A stretch of DNA of 64,000 nt. It comes from Gemmatimonadales bacterium (lineage in GTDB: Bacteria > Gemmatimonadota > Gemmatimonadetes > Gemmatimonadales > GWC2-71-9). Of this stretch, positions 39,567 through 49,189 are shown piece by piece. The position numbers and the translations under genes were made by a program. The notes under the pieces are model-generated. The model ran no database searches, was not told the origin of the DNA, and saw only the letters and a program-made list of their open reading frames with translations. Every line of letters begins with the position of its first letter. Position 1 is the first letter of the stretch. The stretch is taken from the NCBI GenBank assembly GCA_041577295.1, contig JBFGJG010000002.1, forward strand, positions 128,001 to 192,000, given 5' to 3'.

Positions 39567-39684
39567 CGTAGTTTCGCACATTTCGCAGAGATTTATGCTC
39601 ATCGCTGCCCTTGCAGCCGAGCAATCGGGAATACTTTTGGGAGATGTGTGTCAGATCGGCAGGAATTGGGAGGCGCTACTTCGG

Positions 39685-39990
39685 CTACACGCTGAGGGAA
39701 TTGAGCAGATTCCACAACTCCCAACCAGAGGATGAGAACTCCGAAAATCGCTGCAGCACCTCCTGCTCGGACCACTCGAGAAAGATCCACCCGGAGAGCC
39801 GATGGGCGTTGCCTGAGATGAAGTGCACCCTACCCCGGATCCCTCCCAAACCCGCGTCCTGCACTGTCTCGAGCAACACATCCCACCGGCTGTCGCCGCG
39901 CACCAGCTCGCCCATCTGACGGGCCTTGATCTGGCTCAGCGGTGGATCGAACCTGGAGGACGCGGAGCGAGTGTCTCCCTCAGCAGCCAT
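39685..39990 (-). CDS. Hypothetical protein (about 101 aa)
   Basis: Globular-looking ORF filling the gap, ATG at 39990. Confidence 0.55.
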   Translation of the reverse strand: MAAEGDTRSASSRFDPPLSQIKARQMGELVRGDSRWDVLLETVQDAGLGGIRGRVHFISGNAHRLSGWIFLEWSEQEVLQRFSEFSSSGWELWNLLNSLSV

Positions 39991-40112
39991 GCGGCTACAG
40001 TAATGCTCGGCGGATAGCCACGCTAGCAGTGCCGACGGCCTTTGCGCTACCCATTGTGGCGTCTTGCGATACTTTCCCATACGAGCCGCAAATCCACCAG
40101 TATAGGAGGGCA

Positions 40113-40889
40113 ATGCCCGCCGCCCAGCAGTCCGACAACACGCCCGCCGGCGTTTGCCCCTCGTGCGGGGGGAGCGTCAGCGGCAACTTCTGCAGCCACT
40201 GTGGCACCCCCGTGCAGGGAGCGTCCTGTCCGTCCTGTAGGACACCGCTCAGCCCGGGTGCCCGGTTCTGTCACCTTTGCGGCGCCCCACTTGGTGCTCG
40301 CCAGCGCCGAGGCGCGGTGGCTCCCTGGTTGATCGCCGGTGGGGCAATCACGGCACTCGTAACGGTGCTTGTCGTTGTGGCCGTTCGGGGTGGGAGCCCG
40401 GCGGCCATCACCGCCGAGACAGCTCCGGCGCCGAGAAGTGGTGCTGCCGCCGTCGATCTCTCATCAATGACACCCCGTGAGCAGGCCGATCGCCTCTACG
40501 AGCGCATCATGCGGGCGCACGAGCGTGGCGACACGAATGAGATTCGGTTCTTCAAGACAATGGCTCTCCAAGCGTACGCGAGACTGGGTACGCTCGACGA
40601 CGACGCACATTATCACGTCGGGCTGATTCACGCGCTGACCGGGGATCCGGCGGCCGCGCTCGCGCAGGCAGACTCGATGAGCGAAGGCAACCTCTTGGCA
40701 TTGATGCTCCGTCAGCAGGTGGCAATGGCTGTCAACGACGCTGCAGCAAGCCAGCGCGCCTATCGAGAGTTTCTCGCAAACTATGAGCGGGAGCTCGCGA
40801 CCAACCGACCCGAATACGCGGCGCACCGCTCGCTCATCGAGAGCTTCGTGGTAGAGGCACAGCGCCAACCTGGAGCTGGAACTCCGTGA
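40113..40889 (+). CDS. Double zinc-ribbon, single-TM, helical (TPR-like) protein
   Basis: AGGAGG RBS; CPSC/CSHC/CPSC/CHLC; TM helix; GTGA overlap with mqnD. Confidence 0.8.
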   Translation: MPAAQQSDNTPAGVCPSCGGSVSGNFCSHCGTPVQGASCPSCRTPLSPGARFCHLCGAPLGARQRRGAVAPWLIAGGAITALVTVLVVVAVRGGSPAAITAETAPAPRSGAAAVDLSSMTPREQADRLYERIMRAHERGDTNEIRFFKTMALQAYARLGTLDDDAHYHVGLIHALTGDPAAALAQADSMSEGNLLALMLRQQVAMAVNDAAASQRAYREFLANYERELATNRPEYAAHRSLIESFVVEAQRQPGAGTP

Positions 40890-41740
40890 AAACCATTCGG
40901 GTGGCGCACAGCCCCGACGCCGATGACGCTTTCATGTTCTACGCCCTCGCGGCCGGCAAGATTCCCACGGGCGATCGTCGGTACGTTCACGAGCTGAGCG
41001 ACATCGAATCCCTCAACCGGCGCGCGTTACAGGGTGACTTGGAGGTCACGGCGGTCTCCATGCACGCCTACGCGCATCTCGTGGATCGCTACGCACTTCT
41101 CCCGCACGGCGCGTCGATCGGCGACCGATACGGGCCACGGCTCGTCGCCACTACAGCCCCGCCAGCCGATGTCGCGCAGGCATTGGTGGGATGCCGAGTG
41201 GCTATCCCGGGGACCCTAACCACCGCCGCCTTAACGTTGCGGCTCTTTCAGCCGAACATAGAGGAAGTGGTCGTGCCTTTCGATCGGATTGAGGAGGCGG
41301 TGCTCGGTGGGCAGGTCGAGGCCGGCCTCCTGATTCACGAAGGACAGCTGACGTACGGCGATCGTGGCCTCCATCTGTGGGCGGATATGGGCGAATGGTG
41401 GTACGGCGAAACAGGGCTGCCCCTCCCACTCGGAGGAAACGTCATTCGCCGCGATTTAGGGGACGACCTCATCCAGGCCGTCTCACAGGACTTGCGGGCC
41501 AGCATTGCGTACGGTCTGGAGCACCGGGAGGATGCCCTGGCGCACGCGATGAGCTACGCGAGGGGCCTGGAACCATCCAGGGTCGATCGCTTTGTTGCCA
41601 TGTATGTGAACGAGTACACCCTAGATTATGGGGAGACCGGGAGGCGGGCCGTACGGGAGTTGCTCGACCGGGCGGCAGCGACCGGGATTGTGCCAAACCC
41701 GGTGGCCGTCACCTTCGTCGAAGATGGGGGCACAGGATGA
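40886..41740 (+). CDS. mqnD: 1,4-dihydroxy-6-naphthoate synthase (futalosine menaquinone pathway)
   Basis: AHSPDADDAFMFYAL, DIESLN, PGTLTTA, LIHEGQLTY, LPLPLGGN, MYVNEYT. Confidence 0.88.
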   Translation: MKTIRVAHSPDADDAFMFYALAAGKIPTGDRRYVHELSDIESLNRRALQGDLEVTAVSMHAYAHLVDRYALLPHGASIGDRYGPRLVATTAPPADVAQALVGCRVAIPGTLTTAALTLRLFQPNIEEVVVPFDRIEEAVLGGQVEAGLLIHEGQLTYGDRGLHLWADMGEWWYGETGLPLPLGGNVIRRDLGDDLIQAVSQDLRASIAYGLEHREDALAHAMSYARGLEPSRVDRFVAMYVNEYTLDYGETGRRAVRELLDRAAATGIVPNPVAVTFVEDGGTG

Positions 41741-41873
41741 CAGCCAAGCCAATGCCGGATGGCCGTTGCGCAGATCCCGTGGACGTTTCATCGTTGGCGG
41801 CATCGCGTGGAACGCCGTCAAAGGGGTTTGGGAGCATCCGGGGAACACCTGTGGCAAGGAGGCTTCGGTTCTC

Positions 41874-42956
41874 ATGACTGAGTCGAGCCCGCCGCCCGAA
41901 CCGATTCCCGTCCTCATCGTTGACGACGAGGCGCCGCTGAGGGAAGCGTTGGCTCGTTATCTCAGGGAACAGGATTTCGAGGTCGTTACCGCAGACTCGG
42001 GGGCTGAGGCGCTCTCGCAGCTTCGCCACAAGAAGTTTCATGTCTTGCTGCTCGACATTCGCATGCCGGGCATGAGTGGTATCGACACCGTCTCCGAGGC
42101 GATCGATATCGATCCCGACCTCGCCATCATCATGCTCAGTGCCGTAGTCGATGCGACCAGTGCCGCCAACTGCATGCAGCGCGGCGCGATGGATTACCTC
42201 ACCAAACCCATCGAGCTCACGGACCTGATCGGCTCTGTTCACCGAGTCCTCAGGCGGCGCGACACCCTCATGCAAAGCCGCGGCATCACGACGTGGCTGC
42301 GGGAAGAGGTCCAGCGGCGAGGCGAGGAGGTCGTACGCGAGCGTCACAAACAAGAGTTGATCACGCTGGCAACTCTGGAAGCGCTGGTAAACGCGCTCGA
42401 AGCGAAAAACGAGTACCTCCGAGGTCACTCAGCGAGAATCGCCGCACTGTCTGCAACGATCGCGCATGAGATGCGCCTTCCGGACGAGGAGGTTGAGCGC
42501 GTGAGAATGGCGGGTCGCCTGCACGACCTCGGTAAGATCGGAATTCGGGAAGACATTCTCAACAAGGAAGGTCCCCTCACGGATGAGGAGTTCGAGCACG
42601 TCAAGCAGCATGTCGTGATCGGCTCTCAGATTTTGGCACCCCTCACGCATCTCGGCCAAATCGTGGGATATGTGCGCGGCCACCACGAACACTGGGATGG
42701 AAGCGGTTATCCCGACGGCCTGGCCGGTGACGACATCCCCATCGGTGCCCGGGTCATATGTGCGGCGGAGATCTACGACGCCCTGACCTCATCGCGTCCG
42801 TACCATGAAAAGCTCCCGCCCGAAGAGGCGACCGAGCGCATGCGGCTCCTCAGCGGAAGCGCACTGGACCCCAACGTTATGGATGCGCTCGCTGCGGCCG
42901 TGGCACGGCGTAAGACGCTCGTTTTCCTTGACGAGGGCCTGCCCCAACCGGGTTAG
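41874..42956 (+). CDS. Response regulator with an HD-GYP c-di-GMP phosphodiesterase domain
   Basis: REC (VDDE..LDIRMPG..KP), GHS.R, LHDLGKIG, HHEHWDGSGYPDGL, DALTSSRPY. Confidence 0.92.
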   Translation: MTESSPPPEPIPVLIVDDEAPLREALARYLREQDFEVVTADSGAEALSQLRHKKFHVLLLDIRMPGMSGIDTVSEAIDIDPDLAIIMLSAVVDATSAANCMQRGAMDYLTKPIELTDLIGSVHRVLRRRDTLMQSRGITTWLREEVQRRGEEVVRERHKQELITLATLEALVNALEAKNEYLRGHSARIAALSATIAHEMRLPDEEVERVRMAGRLHDLGKIGIREDILNKEGPLTDEEFEHVKQHVVIGSQILAPLTHLGQIVGYVRGHHEHWDGSGYPDGLAGDDIPIGARVICAAEIYDALTSSRPYHEKLPPEEATERMRLLSGSALDPNVMDALAAAVARRKTLVFLDEGLPQPG

Positions 42957-43980
42957 TCGCACTCGGGTCGCGATCGCAGCGATCGCCACCTCTCTACTCG
43001 CCTGCACGCCACACCCCCGCCTGGTTGCAGTCGCCGACTCGGCCGGTGTCGCAGTCATCTACGACGAACAACTCGTTCCACTGGACACCGTCGAACTCGA
43101 TTCGGCACGCGAGGCTGCGACCGGGGACGTCCTGTTCACTGGGGACGGCGTGAGCTTGCTCAGCGTCGGAACCGACGCACACGGCGGCGGCCTTCGGCGC
43201 AGTGGCCGGCTTGCACGTGGGATCTTACAGACGACTCACCTATCCGAAGCGGCACACCGTATTGTTCCGTTCTCGGACGGTCGCCGAATTCTGGTCCTAG
43301 GAGCGCTCAGCGGCGGGGACGCGTTGGTGGGTACGGCCCGTGTGATCGACGTGGATTCGTTTGGCGAACTAAGCCTGCCAATCACGGCGTGTTCCGGAGC
43401 CGCGGTGGACGCGGCAGTTCACCGGGACGGTGCCAAGGCGTTCGTCGTGTGTGAGGACGATTCGATTTCGGAGATCGATGCGATACTCAACCAAGTTGTA
43501 CGGAACACGTCCCTCTCTCTGGACCGCGACTGCGGCGTTGCCGGTGCCGCGCTCTCCCCTAGCGGGTCGCTGCTCCTCGTCCCGTGTGCGCGCTCGGGCT
43601 GGATGCTGTACATCGATCGGGTTTCCCTGACTCCGCTCGATTCGGTGCAGGTGGGGCCGGGGGCGCATTCAGTGGTGGTGCTTCCCGGAACCCGCGAAGC
43701 GATCGTCGCTTTTTCCCGAGAGATTGTCTTCGTCGACCTCGGTAGCCTCCGTGTGCGCCGACGAGCCCAATTCGCGACCGAGATCCATCAGGTGGAATCC
43801 GGAGCGGACGGCCGATCGATTGCCATCTTGGGTACGGCGGATGGTCACGCGAGAATTCTCCTCGTTGATCGAGCAAGCGGAGCGCTCGTCCGCGAAGCGG
43901 CGGCCCCTCCCAGGGCGACCTCCGTCGCCGTGTGGCCAGGAAGAGAATTTCCCGTCATGATCTGGCAGGTTAGGCAGTAG
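42928..43980 (+). CDS. YncE-like beta-propeller lipoprotein
   Basis: LLAC lipobox, repeated blade-like motifs (DGRRI, DGAKAFV, SPSGSLL, DGRSI); start uncertain. Confidence 0.65.
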   Translation: MTRACPNRVSRTRVAIAAIATSLLACTPHPRLVAVADSAGVAVIYDEQLVPLDTVELDSAREAATGDVLFTGDGVSLLSVGTDAHGGGLRRSGRLARGILQTTHLSEAAHRIVPFSDGRRILVLGALSGGDALVGTARVIDVDSFGELSLPITACSGAAVDAAVHRDGAKAFVVCEDDSISEIDAILNQVVRNTSLSLDRDCGVAGAALSPSGSLLLVPCARSGWMLYIDRVSLTPLDSVQVGPGAHSVVVLPGTREAIVAFSREIVFVDLGSLRVRRRAQFATEIHQVESGADGRSIAILGTADGHARILLVDRASGALVREAAAPPRATSVAVWPGREFPVMIWQVRQ

Positions 43981-44012
43981 GGGGTCGGGCGTAGGGATGC
44001 GGCTATTCCCGT

Positions 44013-44042
44013 AAAAAACCCGGGCCCTTTCGGACCCGGGTT
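44013..44042 (-). terminator. Intrinsic terminator with a GAAA loop
   Basis: Minus strand AACCCGGGTCC-GAAA-GGGCCCGGGTT-TTTT. Confidence 0.8.
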
Positions 44043-44173
44043 GGCGGGCCGAGCGACGCCGCCGTCACACGCCGCGCACGGCCACTTGTGCGAGATGATG
44101 ATGAGGGGTGATACGGAACCTCTCGCGGGGCTCCGATTTGGGTAACAATGCCCCTCGCCATTGGGTTCCCGGC

Positions 44174-44614
44174 TCAGGGCCAGTGCCGCAGACGCCCGAG
44201 CCGAGACGTGGTCAATGATTCCGCCGCCGCGCCGCGGCGCAGGATCACCTTCGTATTGGCCGCGCCCCAACCAACCCCAGTTGGAGCGATGCGAATCGCT
44301 GCCCTGGTTGCGGTGAGTGCGACACCATGTCGCGACGGACCCGGTGCAACAAAGAGCGTTGAGTCCGCGCTCCCCTCGCGTACCGCAACGAGCGAATCTG
44401 CGCCGAACTCGATCCTGACACGGTGGGACAGAAACACCGCTGCCATCCGCGACCGCGAGTAAAACGACGAGACTTCTCGTGCGGCCCGCTGCGTAATCAG
44501 CGCATCCCGCCACTGAAGGATTGCCGGTGCGAGGACCATCACCAGAGTGCTCAAGAACGCGAGCACCACGAGCATTTCTAAAAGGGTGGCTCCTCGTAAC
44601 CCGCGACGTGACAT
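44174..44614 (-). CDS. FimT/GspH-like minor pilin / pseudopilin
   Basis: Class III signal RG|ATLLEMLVVLA with E+5; C-terminal SRLGR. Confidence 0.8.
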   Translation of the reverse strand: MSRRGLRGATLLEMLVVLAFLSTLVMVLAPAILQWRDALITQRAAREVSSFYSRSRMAAVFLSHRVRIEFGADSLVAVREGSADSTLFVAPGPSRHGVALTATRAAIRIAPTGVGWGAANTKVILRRGAAAESLTTSRLGRLRHWP

Positions 44615-45041
44615 GAGGAGAACATGCCGTTTCGGCCATCGCCTCAACTAACCGAAAAGACGGGAGCGAGGTGCAAAAGAGTGTCACATTTGCACCACAG
44701 GTGACGAATTCTGCATGGGGTGGCGTATAACGAGGCACGTCGACTGACACCGAGGCAAGTGATCTCGTTGTCACTTCATGAGTTGCATCGACTCTCATGG
44801 TAGGCGTTACTCGGTATGCAACTTGCTCCGTCAGGCTTGGGCCGCTTGTGGGCTCAATCGCAATTGCAGCACGCGCCCGACAGTCAGGAGGTTTACCCAA
44901 CTGTGCGACTTCGCGGTCCGACAACAGGGGTCCGTCGACGCCATGTCACAGCGTGCTTGTGCGCCCTTGCCCGACCCATGAACCAGAACCATACTTGCAG
45001 AGCGTCCTGATGCCGAGCACCTACCGAGGGAACGCAATCTC

Positions 45042-46337
45042 GTGACACCAGCAGCGAGCGGGTCACATTCTCAGCCTGAAACTCCCAGCACGTTTCATGA
45101 GGCGTTTCTCGCGCGCGCCGCGAACGCAACGGATCAGCGGATCAAGGCCCGCGCGCTCGGCGCATTCCTGACTCTCAGATTGGTCGATCAATTCGCACGG
45201 GTCAGCCCCGAGGATCTCGGTTCGGAGTCGCTCCAATATCAGCTCAAGGCGACGTCGGATTACTTGGCACAACTCTACCCTCGCACGGTCGAGGTGAACC
45301 ACCTCGCTGAGGTGGCGCGCGTCGCCGCCGGAACGTCGCGGGCGGGAAGCACCCGCGTGCTGTGGCCACCCATGCTCGCGTATGGATACTGGCTCGAGCA
45401 GCAATTGCGCCTCGACGAGGCGCTCGACGTTCTCGAGACGGCGCTGCGCTTATCGGACGGACGGACGTCAGAGGAGGATGTCGCCGCGCATCTGCAACGC
45501 GCGCGCGTGCTACGACGCGCCGGTCGTTTTCGCGACGCGAGCGAGGAGTACACGACGGCTGGTTCTCTTGCCATCGCGCTCGCCGATCATCGATCGGAGC
45601 TGTTGAGTCGCATCGGGCGTGCGATCGTGCTGCAGAAGATCGGGAATCTCCCAGAATCGGAGCGGGTTTTGCGGGAGGTTCTAGAGGACGCCGCGTCGCT
45701 CGGCGACCGCGACGCGGAGGCCAGGGCGTGTCACGACCTGTCAGTGGCGCTCGCCTTGCGTGAGCGGTTCAGCGAGGCTATTCCCTACGCGTACCGTGCG
45801 TACGAGCTGTACGAACATCCGACGCACAAGGCCCGGGCGCTCAATGACACCGCGTCGTTACTCAAGGAGCTCGGGCATTACAGCGCAGCTCAGGATGCCC
45901 TGACGGTCGTGGTGGGAAGCTGTCCGCCAACTGAGGTACTCTTGCGCGCGCAGTTAGAGCTCCTAGACGTGAGCGCGCAAATAGGCGATCGTCTTTCATT
46001 CGAGCGTTGGCGCCGGGAGCTCGGGACCGACAGCGAGCTCATGCCGCCGGATCTGTTGGTGGAGTTCGCGATGACGCTTGGCGCAGGATTGGTCGCATTC
46101 GGCCGCGCGGCGGATGGAGAAGCCGAACTCTGCCGGGCCGTGAAGCTCGCCGAACAACACGCTATGGGCGAGGTTGTATTTCGCGCCGAACGAATCCTCC
46201 TCGACGCGCGAGAGCGCGGCACCCGGCAAGCAAATGCCGCGCTGCCTACGGCGCCGCCGCTATCGGCGGACGTACAGCGGACGGTGGACTCGCTTCGGGT
46301 CCTCCGAACCAGTGTGGAAACGACTGCCGTCTCTTAG
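45042..46337 (+). CDS. Cytoplasmic tetratricopeptide-repeat protein
   Basis: Repeated helical units (LDEALDVLETAL, GRFRDASEEY..A, GNLPESERVL, FSEAIPYAYRA, GHYSAAQDAL); no signal peptide. Confidence 0.8.
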   Translation: MTPAASGSHSQPETPSTFHEAFLARAANATDQRIKARALGAFLTLRLVDQFARVSPEDLGSESLQYQLKATSDYLAQLYPRTVEVNHLAEVARVAAGTSRAGSTRVLWPPMLAYGYWLEQQLRLDEALDVLETALRLSDGRTSEEDVAAHLQRARVLRRAGRFRDASEEYTTAGSLAIALADHRSELLSRIGRAIVLQKIGNLPESERVLREVLEDAASLGDRDAEARACHDLSVALALRERFSEAIPYAYRAYELYEHPTHKARALNDTASLLKELGHYSAAQDALTVVVGSCPPTEVLLRAQLELLDVSAQIGDRLSFERWRRELGTDSELMPPDLLVEFAMTLGAGLVAFGRAADGEAELCRAVKLAEQHAMGEVVFRAERILLDARERGTRQANAALPTAPPLSADVQRTVDSLRVLRTSVETTAVS

Positions 46338-46352
46338 AGCGGATTCAGCTCT

Positions 46353-46505
46353 TTAGGTATCTGAGTTCGTGTACCCGGCGTTGAAGCACGCGCTCTCTTC
46401 GCCGCCGCAGTTGTCCATTGGGGCAACCGGGTTCGCACAGGCAGCGGCGCCTAGTGCTACGGAGGCGAGTAACGCAAACGCGTATAGGCGAAGTCGACGC
46501 GACAT
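46353..46505 (-). CDS. 50-aa secreted/lipidated peptide precursor
   Basis: AGGAGG RBS; MSRRLRLYAFALLASVALGAAAC|ANPVAPMDNCGGEESACFNAGYTNSDT. Confidence 0.75.
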   Translation of the reverse strand: MSRRLRLYAFALLASVALGAAACANPVAPMDNCGGEESACFNAGYTNSDT

Positions 46506-46608
46506 GGCTCCTCCTGGATGACGGAGCAACAGAGTGAATGGAGGTGTTGATGTGTTTCGGGAACGCCTACCTAAGCTCACTTCGGGTGCACACTGTTGCG
46601 TAGGCCCC

Positions 46609-46638
46609 TTTTGGGACTTCATGTGTCGTTTTTGGGAC
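46609..46638. promoter_or_regulatory. Direct repeat TTTTGGGAC with 21-bp period (candidate AraC-type operator)
   Basis: Copies at 46609 and 46630, each followed by (A)TTCATG, in the divergent peptide/AraC intergenic region. Confidence 0.55.
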
Positions 46639-46642
46639 ATTC

Positions 46643-47440
46643 ATGCTGGTCCTGGCGGCAGTACCTGAGCACTTCACCCGACGCCTCGAGCGCGCGGCCG
46701 GTCAGCGATTCACCTTCCTGCCGGCGCGATCCTGGTCGGTGGCACTCGATGCCATTCGGGTGGAACCCCTGGAGTTGGCAATCGTCGACCCGGGGTTGGA
46801 GGGGATTCCGCGCGCCCACGAGATCGAGCGGTTGCGCGTGCTCTTCCCGTCGCTGCCGCTCATCCTTTATACGCGGCTGCTGCCGGGCATGGTCCCGGTC
46901 CTGCTGCAACTTGGTCGGGCGGGCGTCCACGAAGTGGTGGTGGAAGGACACGACGATCACCCTGACCGGCTCCGGGAGCTTCTCGTCGAGGTCGGGGCGG
47001 CGTCTATCTCCCGGCAGCTCATCAACGCGATCCAGGGCTTTTTGGATGGGTGTCCCGGAGAGCTCCGGTGGGCGATCGAAACGGCTATCCGAGAACCGGC
47101 GAGTCTCCACACGGTGGGCGAGCTCGCCAAGCGCGCGCGTATGGATCGCCGCACGTGCTCCCGGTGGTTCACCAAGGCCGATCTGCCGCCGCCGAGCTCG
47201 ATGTTGATGTTATTCCGCGTGATTTACGCGCACCGCTTGCTGCAGGATCCTGGGTACACCGTGGAGGATGTTGCCGCCAAACTCGGGTACGCGAAGACCC
47301 GGTCGTTCGCCCAGAACGTCAAGGACGTCTTTGGGCTGACGCCTGGAGAGTTACGGGTATCGTTGACACCGGCGGACGCACTGCGCATCGTCCGCGAGCG
47401 CTATTTTCGGGGGAAGCAGCAATCCCTCGCGACCGCATGA
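46643..47440 (+). CDS. AraC-family regulator with a receiver-like N-terminal domain
   Basis: LAIVDP...LPLILYT N-terminal domain; TVGELAKRARMDRRTCSRWF and YTVEDVAAKLGY...F...KDVFGLTPGELR dual HTH. Confidence 0.85.
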   Translation: MLVLAAVPEHFTRRLERAAGQRFTFLPARSWSVALDAIRVEPLELAIVDPGLEGIPRAHEIERLRVLFPSLPLILYTRLLPGMVPVLLQLGRAGVHEVVVEGHDDHPDRLRELLVEVGAASISRQLINAIQGFLDGCPGELRWAIETAIREPASLHTVGELAKRARMDRRTCSRWFTKADLPPPSSMLMLFRVIYAHRLLQDPGYTVEDVAAKLGYAKTRSFAQNVKDVFGLTPGELRVSLTPADALRIVRERYFRGKQQSLATA

Positions 47441-47835
47441 CGGGGCCGCTGCGCATTCTCGTGGTCGACGACGACCCCAGCGTGCGACGCGTGCTCGAGC
47501 GTGCGTTGCAACGGCGCGGTCACGTGGCATACATGGCCGCGGCGGGTGATGAAGCGCTTGAAATTCTGCGAACGCACGAAGTCGATGTGGTATTGATGGA
47601 TCTGCGGATGCCCGGCATGTCCGGGCAGACACTCTACCACGTGATCGCCAGCCAGTGGCCCTCGCTGGGAACGCGTGTCGTGGTGATGAGCGGCGATCCG
47701 GATGCCGTAGATCACGAGGAGTGGTTGAGCTTGAACAATATGCCGGTTATCAGCAAGCCATTCGATTTGGCGGATTTATTCGCTATCATTGAGCGCTTGT
47801 TGAACGATGAACGCCGCCGGGCAAACGGTGGTTGA
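47437..47835 (+). CDS. Single-domain response regulator
   Basis: ATGA overlap; ILVVDDD, LMDLRMPGMSG, MSG, SKPF. Confidence 0.9.
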   Translation: MTGPLRILVVDDDPSVRRVLERALQRRGHVAYMAAAGDEALEILRTHEVDVVLMDLRMPGMSGQTLYHVIASQWPSLGTRVVVMSGDPDAVDHEEWLSLNNMPVISKPFDLADLFAIIERLLNDERRRANGG

Positions 47836-47851
47836 CCCCCGTTCGGGAGGT

Positions 47852-48544
47852 ATGCGGGTGAACGATCCCCTTACCGTGTTGCGCTCCTATCGCGAACTCG
47901 CGCCATGGAACCTGCGGGACCTGGCAAAACTCGCCGGTGGAATCTTGGAAGCGTCCGGCGTGCGCCCGATCAACGCGGCCGCGAGCGCGCGCCCCAACGA
48001 GCGCACGATCCGTTTTTACGTCACCCGCGGACTGGTTACCCCACCCGAGGGTCGCGGGACCGCAGCGATCTACGCGTATCGACACCTGTTACAGGTTCTG
48101 GCAATCAAGCTCCGCCAGATGGAGGGAGCCACGCTCGCTGCGATCGCTGAGGAGCTCAACACCATGACGGGCGACGTCCTCGAGCGGCGAGTGGCGGCGG
48201 CTTTGGGCGACGGGTTACCCAGCCCGGATCGGTTGCCGCTGGCAGACGAAGACGCGGCGCCCCGGGGACGAGCCGGCCGCCTCTTCAGGAGTTGGTCGGG
48301 GGAGGGGGAAGCATCTCGTGGGTCGTCGGAAACCACCCGCCCCACCTCGTGGAATCGGTTTCCCGTTGCGCCGGGGGTCGAGCTGCACCTCCATGCAGAT
48401 CACCCACTCGCCCGTGCACGGGAGCGAAACTCGGAGTTGGTCGACGCAATTCGGCTTGCGCTCTCGCGAGTGCTCGCACGAGGTCGTTCGATACCCGAGA
48501 AAGCGAGTGCCGGAGAGCGCACTGACGTCCGGGCACGTTCATAA
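47852..48544 (+). CDS. MerR-family HTH protein
   Basis: ERTIRFYVTRGLVTPP.GRG..A.Y..RHL.Q..AIK..Q..G.TL..I; C-terminal W.R.PVAPGVELH. Confidence 0.82.
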   Translation: MRVNDPLTVLRSYRELAPWNLRDLAKLAGGILEASGVRPINAAASARPNERTIRFYVTRGLVTPPEGRGTAAIYAYRHLLQVLAIKLRQMEGATLAAIAEELNTMTGDVLERRVAAALGDGLPSPDRLPLADEDAAPRGRAGRLFRSWSGEGEASRGSSETTRPTSWNRFPVAPGVELHLHADHPLARARERNSELVDAIRLALSRVLARGRSIPEKASAGERTDVRARS

Positions 48545-48601
48545 TCACCCGCCGGAGTACCAACTCGATCACTCACCCGCCCTCTCGCAGGGGAGTTCTC
48601 C

Positions 48602-49189
48602 ATGTCTTGGATATTTCTCGCCCTGGTCATCGTGGTCGTTCTCTGGGCAATCTTTGCATACAACACGCTGATCAATCTCAAGGGACAGACCCACAACGCG
48701 TGGAAACAGATTGACGTCCAGTTGAAACGCCGCCACGATCTGATCCCAAACCTGGTCGAGGCGGTTCGCGGTGCGATGGAGTTTGAACGCGAGACGCTCG
48801 AAGCCGTGATCCAAGCCCGTAATCAGGCGGTAAAGATCCAAGCCACCGCCGCTCCGACCGGTGGCGTGAAGCAACTCGCGCAGGCCGAGGCCGCGCTGAC
48901 GAGCGCACTGGGACGGCTCAACGTCGTCGTCGAGCGGTACCCGGATCTCAAGGCCACGGGGAACGTCAGTCAGCTGCAGGAAGAGTTGACCTCCACCGAA
49001 AATCGCGTCGCATTCGCTCGCCAGTTGTACAACGACACCGCAACGTCGTACAACGTCAAGCAACAGCAGATTCCATGGAACCTGGTGGCGGGGTTCGCCA
49101 AGGCGGAGCCGGTGGAGCTGTGGGAGATCACCGACGAAACCGAACGCGAGGTACCGCAGGTTGATCTCTCCCTCAAACCCAGGCAGTGA
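48602..49189 (+). CDS. lemA: LemA family protein
   Basis: N-terminal TM, AWKQIDVQLKRRHDLIPNLVE, ERYPDLKA, ENRVAFARQLYND. Confidence 0.95.
   Translation: MSWIFLALVIVVVLWAIFAYNTLINLKGQTHNAWKQIDVQLKRRHDLIPNLVEAVRGAMEFERETLEAVIQARNQAVKIQATAAPTGGVKQLAQAEAALTSALGRLNVVVERYPDLKATGNVSQLQEELTSTENRVAFARQLYNDTATSYNVKQQQIPWNLVAGFAKAEPVELWEITDETEREVPQVDLSLKPRQ

Noticed and set aside
44778..45045. Second small peptide gene upstream of the TPR gene
   Set aside because: An AGGAGG is present, but the possible products lack a signal peptide or other convincing features
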